This document shows positions 8,920-19,700 of a DNA stretch of 64,000 nt, one piece after another. The first letter of the stretch is position 1; each line of letters starts with the position of its first letter. The DNA is from Acidimicrobiales bacterium (GTDB taxonomy: Bacteria; Actinomycetota; Acidimicrobiia; Acidimicrobiales; Bog-793), in contig JBEKMC010000001.1 of assembly GCA_050008715.1 (NCBI GenBank), positions 25,280-89,279 of the forward strand, written 5' to 3'. The notes beneath the pieces are model-generated. The model worked only from the letters and a program-made list of their open reading frames with translations, was not told the DNA's origin and did no database searches. Both the position numbers and the translations under genes were made by a program.

Positions 8920-9294
8920 TCAGAGCTCGGCGACGTGGCAGACCGCCTCCACGTTGTGGCCGTCCGGGTCACGGACGAACGTGGCGAAGTAGGCGTCGTG
9001 GTACTCGGGGAACAGTTGCGGTGAATACAGGATCTCCGCCCCGATGGCGATGGCGGCGGCATGGAAGTCCCTCACCTGCGCACGGTCGGAGGCCCTGAAG
9101 GCGAGGTGCAGCTCTCGGTCGCCGGCGCGCTCGGCAGGGATGAGCCAGAAGGATCCGCCGTCGTCCTCGAAGAAGAAACCCACCCAACCCTCCCCATCGC
9201 TTGCCACGGTCACGCCGAGCGTCACGAGGAGCGGCTCGTAGAAGCGGCGGCTCGCCTCGACGTCGGACACCTGCAAGTTGACGTGGTCGATCAT
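8920..9294 (-). CDS. VOC/glyoxalase-family protein (124 aa)
   Basis: The product reads MIDHVNLQVSDVEASRRFYEPLL...FVRDPDGHNVEAV. Confidence 0.8.
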   Translation of the reverse strand: MIDHVNLQVSDVEASRRFYEPLLVTLGVTVASDGEGWVGFFFEDDGGSFWLIPAERAGDRELHLAFRASDRAQVRDFHAAAIAIGAEILYSPQLFPEYHDAYFATFVRDPDGHNVEAVCHVAEL

Positions 9295-9308
9295 GGACCC
9301 AGTCCGCC

Positions 9309-11066
9309 TCAGCGGTCGGGCCCGAGCGAGGCCGGCGGTGACAGATGCTGACCGGACGAGAACCGGCCCCGCCCGCGGCCACCGGTACCGGCCACCCACA
9401 CCATGTCGCGGCCGCGGCGCTTGGCCTCGTACATGGCCGCGTCGGAGAGCGCCAGCACCTCGTCGGCGGAGGTGAAGTCTCTCGAGAGCGACGCCACGCC
9501 GATCGAGATCCGGATGGGCAGGTCCCCCGTGAGCTTCGTCGAGTCGAGGGAGGCGATGAGCGCCCTCAGTGCCTCGGCGATCGTCATGCCCTCGTCGAGC
9601 TCGGTGTCACCGAGGAGGACGACGAACTCCTCGCCGCCGTAGCGGGCGAGGATGTCGTGCTTGCGCAAGCGCTCCGACAGCGCCTGCCCGATCCACTGCA
9701 GCACCAGGTCGCCCTGCGAGTGGCCGTAGGTGTCGTTCACGGGCTTGAAGTGGTCGATGTCGATGAACAGGACCGTGCTCGGCTCGTCGCGCAGTCGCAG
9801 CCGCTCCATCGCCCGCGTGACGGCGATGACGAGGGCGCGCCGGTTGGCAAGGCCCGTGAGCGGGTCGGTCTGTGCCTCGACGCGTACGGCTTCGAACTCC
9901 CGGGCCTGTTCGACCGCCGTAGCACATTGGTCGGCGAAGAATTCCAGCGCCTGGATATGGGCGCGGTCGGGGAGGAGACCGTTCTTCGGCTCGTCGAGGG
10001 AGATCAAGCCGATCGTCTCACCGGAGAGACCCACGAGCGGCACGGTCAGCATGTCCTCGGCGTGCCACTGCCCGTCCTTCCAGTCCGGATCGGGCTCCGG
10101 CGTGTTGAGCTTGGCATCGAGCTCGGCGGGGATCGTGAAACGCCGGTGGTCGAAGAGGTACGACCGCGACACGACCATCTCCGGCTGCATGGCAGGAGCG
10201 AACTCGTCGAGCGAGACTGCGTTGGCGCGAAGCTCGGCGTCCTCGTCGACCGAGAGGCCGACGCTCGCCCGCATCTCCAGCTGGTGACCGCCGACGCCCA
10301 GGTAGATGGCGGCTCGCCAGAACCCTCCGGCGTTCGACATCGCGCCCGCGATGCCGCGCAGGACGTCGTCGAGACCCACGTCCCCACGCACTCGGGCGCT
10401 TGCGGCCATGAGCGCCTCGAGCTGGCCCCGCTGCGCCTCGGCGATCGCACGAGCGGCCCGCTCGGTCGCCCGGGTCCGCACGATCTCGAGCCCGACGACG
10501 GTGAACTCGGCGAGCGCTTCGAGCATGAGCGCCTGCTCGGGCGGCGGCAGCTCACCGGAGAGGGGGTCGTCCGGGTTGAGGTAGCCGATGATTCGTCCGT
10601 CCGAGTCGATGAGCGGGGCGAACAGCAACGAGCCGGGCTGCCACGTCCTCGGCGGGACGGAGACGCCCGTCGACCGGACCACCGCCCGCACGTCCTCGCG
10701 GTCGCGCACGGCGTGCCCCGGAGGGACCCAGTGGACTCCGCCGAGGGCGATGGACGAGTGGATGAGCGCCTCGAAGGCACTGTCGCTCACGACGAGGTTG
10801 CGGAAGGCTCGCTCGTCATCGAGGCGAACCCCGGCCGAGGCGGCATGGTGGAAATGGCCGTCGTCGCCCCGCAGGGCCAAGACACAGGCGGAGTACCCGA
10901 GCGCCGACCGGGCCGTGTTCACGACCATGTGGAACAAGGTCTGCTCGTCATCCATGGACGCGAGCGAGCGGGCGAGGCGGAGAACCCCGCGCAGCTGGGC
11001 GGCCGTGCGATCGAAGCCCTCGCCCGTCGGCGGAGGCATCGGTACGACATCTGGGCTAGTCGCCAT
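9309..11066 (-). CDS. GAF-GAF-GGDEF diguanylate cyclase
   Basis: The C-terminus reads DPLTGLANRRAL...FIDIDHFKPVNDTYGH...RKHDILARYGGEEFVVLL, with both the GGEEF active site and the RxxD I-site present. The N-terminus has two GAF-like regions. An alternative GTG start lies at 11105. Confidence 0.85.
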   Translation of the reverse strand: MATSPDVVPMPPPTGEGFDRTAAQLRGVLRLARSLASMDDEQTLFHMVVNTARSALGYSACVLALRGDDGHFHHAASAGVRLDDERAFRNLVVSDSAFEALIHSSIALGGVHWVPPGHAVRDREDVRAVVRSTGVSVPPRTWQPGSLLFAPLIDSDGRIIGYLNPDDPLSGELPPPEQALMLEALAEFTVVGLEIVRTRATERAARAIAEAQRGQLEALMAASARVRGDVGLDDVLRGIAGAMSNAGGFWRAAIYLGVGGHQLEMRASVGLSVDEDAELRANAVSLDEFAPAMQPEMVVSRSYLFDHRRFTIPAELDAKLNTPEPDPDWKDGQWHAEDMLTVPLVGLSGETIGLISLDEPKNGLLPDRAHIQALEFFADQCATAVEQAREFEAVRVEAQTDPLTGLANRRALVIAVTRAMERLRLRDEPSTVLFIDIDHFKPVNDTYGHSQGDLVLQWIGQALSERLRKHDILARYGGEEFVVLLGDTELDEGMTIAEALRALIASLDSTKLTGDLPIRISIGVASLSRDFTSADEVLALSDAAMYEAKRRGRDMVWVAGTGGRGRGRFSSGQHLSPPASLGPDR

Positions 11067-11258
11067 CTGGGCTAACCGCTTTCGGGCGCGGGCGGCCACC
11101 AACACGACGTCACGTCGTTGTCGTCATCTGGCGTCTGCATGGCACCCCCACGAGTGATCCGCCCAATTGTAAGCGACTCTGCACCACCCGAAATGCATGC
11201 CGGTCTGGAACAGATCCGCAGGTCGCCTTACGCGTCGCATTTTGCTAGACCACAGCTC

Positions 11259-12395
11259 ATGCACGTCGCCGTTCCGCGCGAGTCCGTTCCCGGCGAGCGC
11301 CGAGTCGCAACCGTCCCGAGCGCCATCGCAAGGCTGAAAGCCAAGGGGATCGATGTCACCATCGAGACCGGCGCCGGCGCCGGCGCCCTGTTCGACGATG
11401 CTGCCTACGTGGCAGCGGGCGCAACGGTCGCACCCGACCTCGACGCCACCTTCGCCGGGACCGACGTCATCGCCAAGGTGCAGGCTCCTACGCCGGAAGA
11501 GGCAGGTCACTTCCCCGAAGGCTCCGCCCTCGTGTGCCTGCTGCAGCCGGCGTCGCACCTGCCGCTCGTCCGGGTCCTGCTCGCCAGGCGGATCTCCGCC
11601 TTCAGCCTCGACCTCTTGCCCCGTATCAGCCGCGCCCAGGCGATGGACGCCCTCTCCTCGCAGGCGACCGTGGGTGGTTACCGGGCGGGATTGCTCGCCG
11701 CCGAACGCCTCCCCCGCTTCTTCCCGATGTTCATGACGGCGGCCGGCACCGTGCCTCCTGCCAAGGTCCTCGTGCTCGGTGCCGGCGTGGCAGGGCTGCA
11801 GGCGATCGCCACCGCCCGACGCCTCGGCGCCATCGTGCGCGCCTACGACGTGCGGCCCGCATCGCGAACCGAGGTGCAGTCACTCGGGGCCGCCTTCGTG
11901 GAGCTGGAGCTCGAGGCGCAGGAGGGACAAGGCGGCTACGCCCGCGAGCAGTCCGAAGAGTTTCTCGCCCGTCAGCGCGAGCTCATCGGCAACGAGGTCG
12001 CCGGGGCCGACGCCGTCATCACGACGGCTGCCATTCCCGGTCGGAAGGCGCCGCTGCTCGTCACGGCGGAGATGGTCGCCCGGATGAGCCCGGGCAGCGT
12101 CATCATCGACCTCGCTGCCGAGTCCGGCGGCAACTGCGAGCTCTCCGAGCCCGGCAAGGACGTCGTCGTGAACGGCGTCACCATCTACGGGGCCAGCAAC
12201 GTCGCCAGCTCGATGGCGACGCACGCGAGCTTCCTGTACGCCCGCAACATCGCCGAGCTGCTCGGCGTGATGGTGGCTGACGGAGCCTTCCATGCCGATT
12301 TCGACGACGAGATCATCGCCGGGAGCTGCGTCACCTTCGCCGGCGAAGTACGCCACGAGCCCACGCGACTGGCGCTCGAAGGAGACAGCGCATGA
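11259..12395 (+). CDS. pntAA: NAD(P) transhydrogenase subunit alpha part 1
   Basis: The product reads MHVAVPRESVPGERRVA...VLVLGAGVAGLQAIATARRLGA..., an alanine-dehydrogenase-like fold. Confidence 0.9.
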   Translation: MHVAVPRESVPGERRVATVPSAIARLKAKGIDVTIETGAGAGALFDDAAYVAAGATVAPDLDATFAGTDVIAKVQAPTPEEAGHFPEGSALVCLLQPASHLPLVRVLLARRISAFSLDLLPRISRAQAMDALSSQATVGGYRAGLLAAERLPRFFPMFMTAAGTVPPAKVLVLGAGVAGLQAIATARRLGAIVRAYDVRPASRTEVQSLGAAFVELELEAQEGQGGYAREQSEEFLARQRELIGNEVAGADAVITTAAIPGRKAPLLVTAEMVARMSPGSVIIDLAAESGGNCELSEPGKDVVVNGVTIYGASNVASSMATHASFLYARNIAELLGVMVADGAFHADFDDEIIAGSCVTFAGEVRHEPTRLALEGDSA

Positions 12396-12733
12396 ACGGC
12401 TCCGACATCCTCACGCTCATCACGATCTTCGTGCTCTCGGCGTTCGTCGGCTTCGAAGTCATCTCGAAGGTGCCGAGCATCCTGCACACGCCGCTCATGT
12501 CGGGCACGAACGCCATCCACGGTGTCGTCCTCGTGGGCTCGATGATCGTGCTCGGGACGGCGCACGGGTCGCTCGAGATCTCGTTGGGTTTCGTGGCGGT
12601 TGTGCTGGCGACCATCAACGTCGTCGGTGGCTTCGTCGTCACCGACCGAATGCTCGAGATGTTCAAGGGACGCCCGGCGGCGCCGAGCAAGGCCGCCGAA
12701 GCGGACAAGCCCGACACCGGAGGCCAGCGATGA
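12392..12733 (+). CDS. pntAB: NAD(P) transhydrogenase subunit alpha part 2 (membrane)
   Basis: The 113-aa hydrophobic protein contains HTPLMSGTNAIHGVVLVG. Its ATGA overlaps pntAA. Confidence 0.9.
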   Translation: MNGSDILTLITIFVLSAFVGFEVISKVPSILHTPLMSGTNAIHGVVLVGSMIVLGTAHGSLEISLGFVAVVLATINVVGGFVVTDRMLEMFKGRPAAPSKAAEADKPDTGGQR

Positions 12734-14115
12734 GCCTCGACACGGGCATTCGCCTCGCCTACCTCATCGCCGCCGTCTGCTTCATCGTGGCGTTGAGCGG
12801 GCTGTCCGGGCCGAAGACGGCGCGGGCCGGCAACCTCATCGGGGCAGCCGGAATGACCCTTGCCGTCGGGATGACGTTCGCAACGCCGGGACTGTCGCGA
12901 TTCGCCCTCATGGTCGGCGCCATGGCCCTCGGCGCCGTCATCGGCTTCCCGGCGGCGCGGCTCGTGAAGATGACGGCCATCCCGCAGATGGTGGCGGCGT
13001 TCAACGGCGTCGGCGGTGGAGCGGCTGCCTTGATCGCGCTGGCCACGTTCTTGAAGGCGACGCCGGCCGATCTTGCCGCCTACCAGGTCATCGAGGTGCT
13101 CTTCGGCGTCATCATCGGATGCGTCTCGTTCTCCGGCTCGGCGATTGCCTTCGCCAAGTTGCAGGAGCTCATGACCGGTCGTCCCGTCACCTACCCCGGC
13201 CAGCAGGTCTTGAACGGTCTCGTCGGTGCCGCCATCCTCGCCCTCGGCGTCGTCGCCTGCGTGAGCCCCCACACGTGGCGCGTGGCGGCGGTGGCGGGGC
13301 TCGCCCTGCTGTTCGGGATCGCCTTCGTCCTCCCGATCGGTGGCGCCGATGTCCCGGTGCTCATCTCGCTGCTGAACTCGTTCACGGGGCTGGCGGTCGC
13401 TGCGAGCGGTTTCGTGCTGCACTCCGTCGTGCTCGTCGTTGCCGGCACGCTCGTCGGCGCATCGGGCACGTTGCTCACGAGGATGATGAGCGCAGCGATG
13501 GGACGGTCGCTGCCGAACATCCTCTTCAGCGCGTTCGGATCGGTCATCACGGCAACCGGTGGCGCCGAGGGGGCCACCGATCGCAGCGTGCGCTCGGCCA
13601 GCGCCGAGGACATCGCCGTCCTCCTCGCCTACTCGCGCAAGGTCATCATCGTGCCGGGTTACGGCCTCGCCGTAGCCCAGGCGCAGCACACCGCCCGCGA
13701 GCTCGCCGAGCTGCTCGAGTCACGCGGCGTCGAGGTCATCTACGCGATCCACCCCGTCGCGGGCCGGATGCCCGGTCACATGAACGTCCTGCTCGCAGAA
13801 GCGAACGTCCCGTACGACCAGCTGAAGGAGATGGACGACGCCAACCCGGAGTTCGCCACCGCCGACGTGGCTCTCGTCGTCGGTGCCAACGACGTCGTCA
13901 ACCCGGCGGCGAAGAACTCCCCCGGGAGCCCGATCTACGGGATGCCGATCCTGTCGGTCGACGAGGCGAAGAACATCGTCTTCCTCAAACGCTCGATGCG
14001 CCCGGGCTTCGCCGGCATCGACAACGAGCTGCTCTTCGACGACAAGACGACGTTGCTCTTCGGCGACGCCAAGGCCTCGCTCGGACAGCTCGTGGCAGCC
14101 GTCAAGCAGCTCTGA
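12730..14115 (+). CDS. pntB: NAD(P) transhydrogenase subunit beta
   Basis: The product runs MSLDTGIRLAYLIAAVCFI...IIVPGYGLAVAQAQH...HPVAGRMPGHMNVLLAEA.... Its ATGA overlaps pntAB. Confidence 0.9.
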   Translation: MSLDTGIRLAYLIAAVCFIVALSGLSGPKTARAGNLIGAAGMTLAVGMTFATPGLSRFALMVGAMALGAVIGFPAARLVKMTAIPQMVAAFNGVGGGAAALIALATFLKATPADLAAYQVIEVLFGVIIGCVSFSGSAIAFAKLQELMTGRPVTYPGQQVLNGLVGAAILALGVVACVSPHTWRVAAVAGLALLFGIAFVLPIGGADVPVLISLLNSFTGLAVAASGFVLHSVVLVVAGTLVGASGTLLTRMMSAAMGRSLPNILFSAFGSVITATGGAEGATDRSVRSASAEDIAVLLAYSRKVIIVPGYGLAVAQAQHTARELAELLESRGVEVIYAIHPVAGRMPGHMNVLLAEANVPYDQLKEMDDANPEFATADVALVVGANDVVNPAAKNSPGSPIYGMPILSVDEAKNIVFLKRSMRPGFAGIDNELLFDDKTTLLFGDAKASLGQLVAAVKQL

Positions 14116-14118
14116 GAC

Positions 14119-14193
14119 ACGCAGCTCCGAGTCACGCCGCTCCGGGTCGAGGGGCTCTGGGTCAAGGGGCTCTGGGTCACACCGCTCTGGGCA
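14119..14193. repeat. about 5 x 15-nt degenerate tandem repeat (core gctcYgRgtc), intergenic
   Basis: The units are acgcagctccgagtc / acgccgctccgggtc / gaggggctctgggtc / aaggggctctgggtc / acaccgctctgggca. They lie between the convergent pntB and PIN/TRAM genes. Confidence 0.85.
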
Positions 14194-14199
14194 GTCCGC

Positions 14200-15342
14200 T
14201 CAGCGCCGCTCGTTGACCTCCCAGTCGGTCTCGCGCGGTGACCCGGCGCCGTCCATCACCTGCCCGAACACGATCAGGCCTTGGCTCGTCGGTCGGGTGG
14301 ACAGCACGGCGACATCGACCCCGTCCTCTCCGATGAGATGGGCGGCATCGTTGACCACGACCATGTCACCGTCGGGCAGGTAACCGACCGCCTGACGGGG
14401 CTGCTTGCCCGGGCGCACGAGGTCGACGCGCAGTCGCTCTCCGGGCACGTGGTCAGGGGCGAGGTCCGACAGGAGCGCCCTCATGTCGATGATGCGGATG
14501 CCGATCGCGGCCTGCTGGCGGGCGACCTCGGCCGACGAAGTGACGACGCGCACACCGAGACGGTCGGCGATCGCCAGCACCTTCTCCTCGGTCATGGCCG
14601 CTGCCGGCACGTCGCCGCTCACGATCGTCACGGTGACCCCGGCTTCCCGGATGGCTTCGAGCGCCTCGAGCCCACGTCGCGCTCGCCGCGAGGCGACTGG
14701 ATCGGGTGCGTCGGCGAGCGTGCGCAGCTCGTCGGCGACAGGTTCGGGCACGAGGATCTCGGTGCCGAGCAGTCCGGCTCGCCCGAGCACGAGGAAGGCG
14801 CGGTCCATCACAGCGGACGTGTCCACCATGAGGGCGTCCGTGTTCGCCTCGCCGTCTCCGACGGCAAGGCGCCGGGAGAGGCGGGCGGCATCGGAGAGCT
14901 GCCGGCCCTTCGTCAGACCGATACGGAGGCCGAGATACCCGATGACCCAGGCGACCGATGCGGCGATCGGGTAGTCGAAGTCCTGCTTGACGAAGACGAA
15001 CAGCGGGATGCATGCCACGCAGCCCACGAGGAGGCCGAGGCCCCCGAGCAGGGCGCCGGCGAGGATCTCGGTCGCCGGCACGTCGCGCCAACGACGTGTC
15101 CAATGCACAGAGACGCGCTCCACGACGCGCCCGAAGGCGCCGCCGAACACGTAGGCGACGAGAACCCCGATCGTGGCGCCGAGGACGCGGGCGCCCGAGG
15201 TCGAGTTCTCCGTGATCGAAAGGCCGACGAGCGCTCCGACGACGACGACGATGACGCGGAGGATCTCTACGAAGACCGTGGCGTCGGATCCCCTCGTGGC
15301 GGCTCGCACAATCGAAAGCGTACTGACCGCCGGAGCCCCCAT
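14200..15342 (-). CDS. PIN/TRAM-domain membrane protein (YacL-like)
   Basis: N-terminal TM helices (VEILRVIVVVVGALVGL..., LLGGLGLLVGCVACIPLFVFV) are followed by a PIN-like segment (LMVDTSAVMDRAFLVL) and a TRAM-like C-terminus. The start is ambiguous: GTG 15375, ATG 15342 or GTG 15309. Confidence 0.7.
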   Translation of the reverse strand: MGAPAVSTLSIVRAATRGSDATVFVEILRVIVVVVGALVGLSITENSTSGARVLGATIGVLVAYVFGGAFGRVVERVSVHWTRRWRDVPATEILAGALLGGLGLLVGCVACIPLFVFVKQDFDYPIAASVAWVIGYLGLRIGLTKGRQLSDAARLSRRLAVGDGEANTDALMVDTSAVMDRAFLVLGRAGLLGTEILVPEPVADELRTLADAPDPVASRRARRGLEALEAIREAGVTVTIVSGDVPAAAMTEEKVLAIADRLGVRVVTSSAEVARQQAAIGIRIIDMRALLSDLAPDHVPGERLRVDLVRPGKQPRQAVGYLPDGDMVVVNDAAHLIGEDGVDVAVLSTRPTSQGLIVFGQVMDGAGSPRETDWEVNERR

Positions 15343-15365
15343 TGCCTCGGTACGCTCGGCGGGCC

Positions 15366-16670
15366 ATGACACCACGCGGGCGGCGGGGCACCGCCATTGC
15401 CGTCGCCATCATCCTCGCCGTCGCCGTCGTCATCGCGATCGTCGGCGTGGGCCACGCCGGCATGGGCGGCTCCGGCACGGTCACCACGACCAGCCCACCG
15501 ACCATCCCGACGACGACCAACCCCTACGCCGCCGAGGAGATCCGTACGGTGCTGGCGGCGAAGCGGGCTGTGAACGTCACACTTCCGAACGGGTCGGGTG
15601 CAGCGGCTCCGGTTCTCGGGCGGAGTCCCTACCGCTCGCCGCTCGGACGGCACGAGGTGGTGGGTTTCGTGCCGTATTACGAGCTCGGCAGCATCGACAA
15701 GATGGAGCTCGCCGACTTCACCGACGTCGTGTACTACGCCCTCGACTTGAAGCCGAACGGTCTCCTCGACGAGGCCGGCTCGTCCACCGGCTGGAGCGAC
15801 TTGCGCGACGGTGGTGCCGGGAACCTCGTGGCGTCGGGCCACACCGCTCATGACCGTGTCCTCTTGAGCGTCTTCTCGCAGAGCCCGTCGGTGCTCGCCG
15901 CTCTCGCTGCCCACCCGGGCGGCGGGAGGCGCCTCGCCGACGAGCTGGCGCCGCTGCTGTCGCAGTTCGGCTTCGACGGGATCGATCTCGACCTCGAGGG
16001 TCAGGCCGGGGCTGACCGGGCAGGTTTTGTCAGCTACATGGCAGCATTCTCGTCACGGCTGCGCACGCTCGACCCGTCGTGGACCATCATGCTGAACACG
16101 TTCCCGCAGTCGGCAGAGGACACGAGCGGTTTCTTCGACGTGCGGGCACTCGCCCGGTACGTCGACGTGATGTTCGTGATGGCCTACGACATGACGGACA
16201 ACGAGATCCCGTCCGCCAACGCCCCCCTCACCGGGGCGAGCCTCACCGTCGCCGACGCGCTTGCCTCGTATGCGGCCGCCGGCCTGGCAGGCAAGACGAT
16301 CCTCGGCACGCCGTTCTACGGCTACGACTTCCCGTCCCAAGGCTCGAGCGTGGGAGCGCAGGCTTCCGGCCAGCCGTACGCCGTCACCTACGACGCCATC
16401 CTCGCGTCCATCGTTCACGACGGTCACAAACCGCTCTGGGATTCCGTGACGGACACGCCGTATACGGTCTTCCGCCGCTCCGGGTCATGGCATCAGACGT
16501 GGTTCGACGACCCGGCCTCGATTGCCCTCAAGACGGCGCTGGCCGCCCAGTTCCATATCGCCGGGGTCGGTGCATGGGAGCTCGGCATGGTGCAACAGGC
16601 ACCACAGATGATCACGGTCCTCACGGGCGGATCTCCGGTCCTGAAACAGCCGCTCGCCACACAACCCTGA
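15366..16670 (+). CDS. membrane-anchored glycoside hydrolase family 18 protein
   Basis: It has an N-terminal TM helix (IAVAIILAVAVVIAIVGV) and the GH18 catalytic motif FDGIDLDLEG (DxxDxDxE). An alternative TTG start lies at 15342. Confidence 0.8.
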   Translation: MTPRGRRGTAIAVAIILAVAVVIAIVGVGHAGMGGSGTVTTTSPPTIPTTTNPYAAEEIRTVLAAKRAVNVTLPNGSGAAAPVLGRSPYRSPLGRHEVVGFVPYYELGSIDKMELADFTDVVYYALDLKPNGLLDEAGSSTGWSDLRDGGAGNLVASGHTAHDRVLLSVFSQSPSVLAALAAHPGGGRRLADELAPLLSQFGFDGIDLDLEGQAGADRAGFVSYMAAFSSRLRTLDPSWTIMLNTFPQSAEDTSGFFDVRALARYVDVMFVMAYDMTDNEIPSANAPLTGASLTVADALASYAAAGLAGKTILGTPFYGYDFPSQGSSVGAQASGQPYAVTYDAILASIVHDGHKPLWDSVTDTPYTVFRRSGSWHQTWFDDPASIALKTALAAQFHIAGVGAWELGMVQQAPQMITVLTGGSPVLKQPLATQP

Positions 16671-16763
16671 GGCACCGAGGCGCCGGAGCGCCGAGCCGCC
16701 GGCGGGGATTCAAAGGCACGGGATCCTCAACGGGTATGCTCGTCACGAGCCCAAGGTGGTCGG

Positions 16764-19700
16764 ATGACGGCCACTTACCTACGACCTTGGATGGGTGAAG
16801 AGGTGCCTACCGAGGCGTCAAGGATCGCGATACCTGGGTTCGAGCTCGTCGAGGAGCTCGGTCGCGGCGCCACCACAGCGGTCTACCGAGCGGTTCGCGA
16901 CGGCGAGGACTACGCCGTCAAGATCCAGGAGCTGAGCGGGCCGGACGACATCTCCCGGCTCACCTTCCGCCGGGAGGCCGCCATCCTCGCGGCGATCCGC
17001 CATCCCTGCCTCGGAAAGGTCTACGAGGTCGGCGAGACCAACCGGGTCTCGTACCTCGCCATGGAGCTCATCGGCGGTCGCACGCTCGCACAGGCCATCG
17101 ACGAGGAAGGGGCGCTTCCCGAAGCGCGCGTCCTGTCGCTGGCCGCTGATGTCGCCTCCGCCCTCGAGGTCGCCCACCGGGTCGGCCTCGTCCACCGCGA
17201 CGTCGCCCCCCGCAACATCGTGCTGCGATCGGACGGGCGTGCGGTCCTCATCGACTTCGGACTCGCCACCCAGATCGGCACACGCCAGCCCGAGGACGCC
17301 GTCATCGGCACCGTGCTCTACAGCGCCCCGGAACAGACCGGAATGGTGCGGCGGCCCGTGGACCGCCGCTCCGACCTCTACTCGCTCGGAGCAGTCCTGT
17401 TCGAGTGCGTCACCGGCCGCCCGCCGTTCCGAGCCGCCGACGCCGGGGAAGTCGTGCGCATGCACGCCGTGCAGGCGCCGCCCGATGCCCGCGCCCTCGA
17501 GCCGAACGTGTCGGTGCAACTGTCACGTATCCTCGCCAAGCTTCTGGCAAAGGATCCGGACGACCGTTACCAGGACGCCGGTTCGCTCCTCTCGGACCTC
17601 GAGGCCCTCCGCCGGGGCACGTTGCAGACCGAGGCACCGCTTGGTCACTCCGTATCGGATCGCCCGACGACGATGGTCACGCTCGTCGGTCGCGAGACCG
17701 AGCTGTCCGCCCTCCTCGAGACGGCGAACGAGTGCCGCACCACCGGTGTCGGCTCCGCCGTGCTGATCGAGTCGGACCCCGGCGGCGGCAAGACCCGCCT
17801 CGTGGCGGAGTTGGCCCTCATCGCCCGCGGCAACGGCATGAGCGTCCTCGAGACACACATCGGGCTCGACCATCCGGGGCCCCTCGGGCCGCTCGCGCGG
17901 GCGCTCGGCCGTTTCCTCGCCGACCTCGAGACCCGAGATCCGGAGACGCTCGCCCATCTGCGCGAGCAGATGGGGCTCGGGCGCAGCGGGGCGGCGGACT
18001 CGCTCGTCGGTCTCTCCCAGAACCTCGACCGGTTCCTGTCGGTGGGCGCGGAGCGGGCGGCCGAGCCGAGCTTCCACGAGTTCGCCGTCATCGAGGCGGC
18101 ACACCTGTTGATGTCGGTCGCCAACGCCTCGACGGGCGGGGCTCTGCTCGTCATCGACAACGCCCACCTGGCCGACGACGCCACTCATCGTGTGCTCTCG
18201 TACCTCGCGCCCGAGCTCGACCGCCTGCCCCTCATGGTCGTCCTTACGGCCCGTACCGATCCTGCGAACACGCCGGCCGTGCAACGCTTGCGCAGCGAGA
18301 TGGGCGACGCCGTCCGGCGCCGGATCGAGCTGCCGCCGCTGAGCGACGCGCAGATCGAAGGCGTCCTCTCGTGGCAGCTCGGCGGCGATGCCCTCGAGCC
18401 GAGCCTTGCCAACGAGATCACGATCCGGGCGAACGGCAACCCGTCCGCCGCCGTCGAGTACCTCAGGTCGGCGCTCGAGGCAGGCGTCCTCCGGCCCTAC
18501 TGGGGCACGTTCTCGGTGGACGCGGAGGCGCTGGCGAGCCTCGACCTTCCGATGGACGTGCGGGGCCTCGCCCTCCGCCGGCTCGACGGCCTGCGGCCGG
18601 CGACGCGCTGGCTGCTCACCGAGGCCGCCGTGATCGGCTCGAGCTTCAACGTCGACCTCTTGGCGACGATCACGCGCTGGCCGACCGGCGACGTGCACGT
18701 CGCGCTCGGGGAGGCCGCCAGGGCGCGGGTCGTAGAGGCCCACGAGAGCGAGCGGTACGTCTTCTTGGACGAAGGCGTCCGGGACGTCCTGTTGAGCTCC
18801 ATCGACGCCCAGGCCTCGCAGCAGGCCCACGAGCTGCTGGCACGAGCGTTGCAGGAGACCGGGGACAGCCGGCCGGAGATCCTCTACGACATCGCCCGCC
18901 ACTACGCCCTCGGTGAGATCGCCACCGAGCCGCGGCGTTGCTTCCAGGCCAACCATCGTGCGGCACGCCTCGCCCTGGCCGCACAGGCCGACGACGACGC
19001 CCTGGCGTTTCTCGCAACGGCGGAGGTGGTAGCTGCCGAGTACCGCTTGACGGTCGGCAGTGCCTTCGAGGCCGACTACGGCACGGCGCTCGCTCGCAGC
19101 GGCAAGGTCCCCGAGGCGCTCGCACACTACGAGAACGCCCTGCGGCTCGAACGCGAGCGCATCGGCAAGGCCCGGATCCACGAGCACGTCGCCCGCGTCT
19201 ACTTCGCCCAGACGAATGGCACCTTGGGCCTGCAGCACGCCCGCGCCGGCCTGGCGGAGCTGGGCAAGCCGCTGCCGTCGAGCAACGTGCTCGCCGTGCT
19301 GTCGACGCTGTGGAAGTGCTTCCTCGGCCTCGTGCTCGGCGTGACGAGGATCGGCTTCGGGGGAGCCAAGCGAGGAAAGCGCGAGCAGGTCCGCCTCGAA
19401 TGCCGTCTCCTCGAAGTCGCCGGCGACTCGGCCGATCTCGAGCATCGGTCGTTCCTGTCAGTCGGCGCGGCGCTTCGAGCGCTCCTGCCGGCGAACCGCC
19501 TCGGTCACTCCCGCGAGTACGTCGGCGTGTACGCCCACCTCGGTGTCGTGCTCGCGCAGATCCGGCTCGTCAATTTCGCCCGCATCGTCGCCCGTCACAC
19601 GACCCGCGTTGCCGAGCGCAGCGGCGACCAGGGAACGCTCGTGCACGCGAAGCTTCTCGAAGCGATCAGCCTCGAGTTCCAGGGCGAGTCCGTGCAATCG

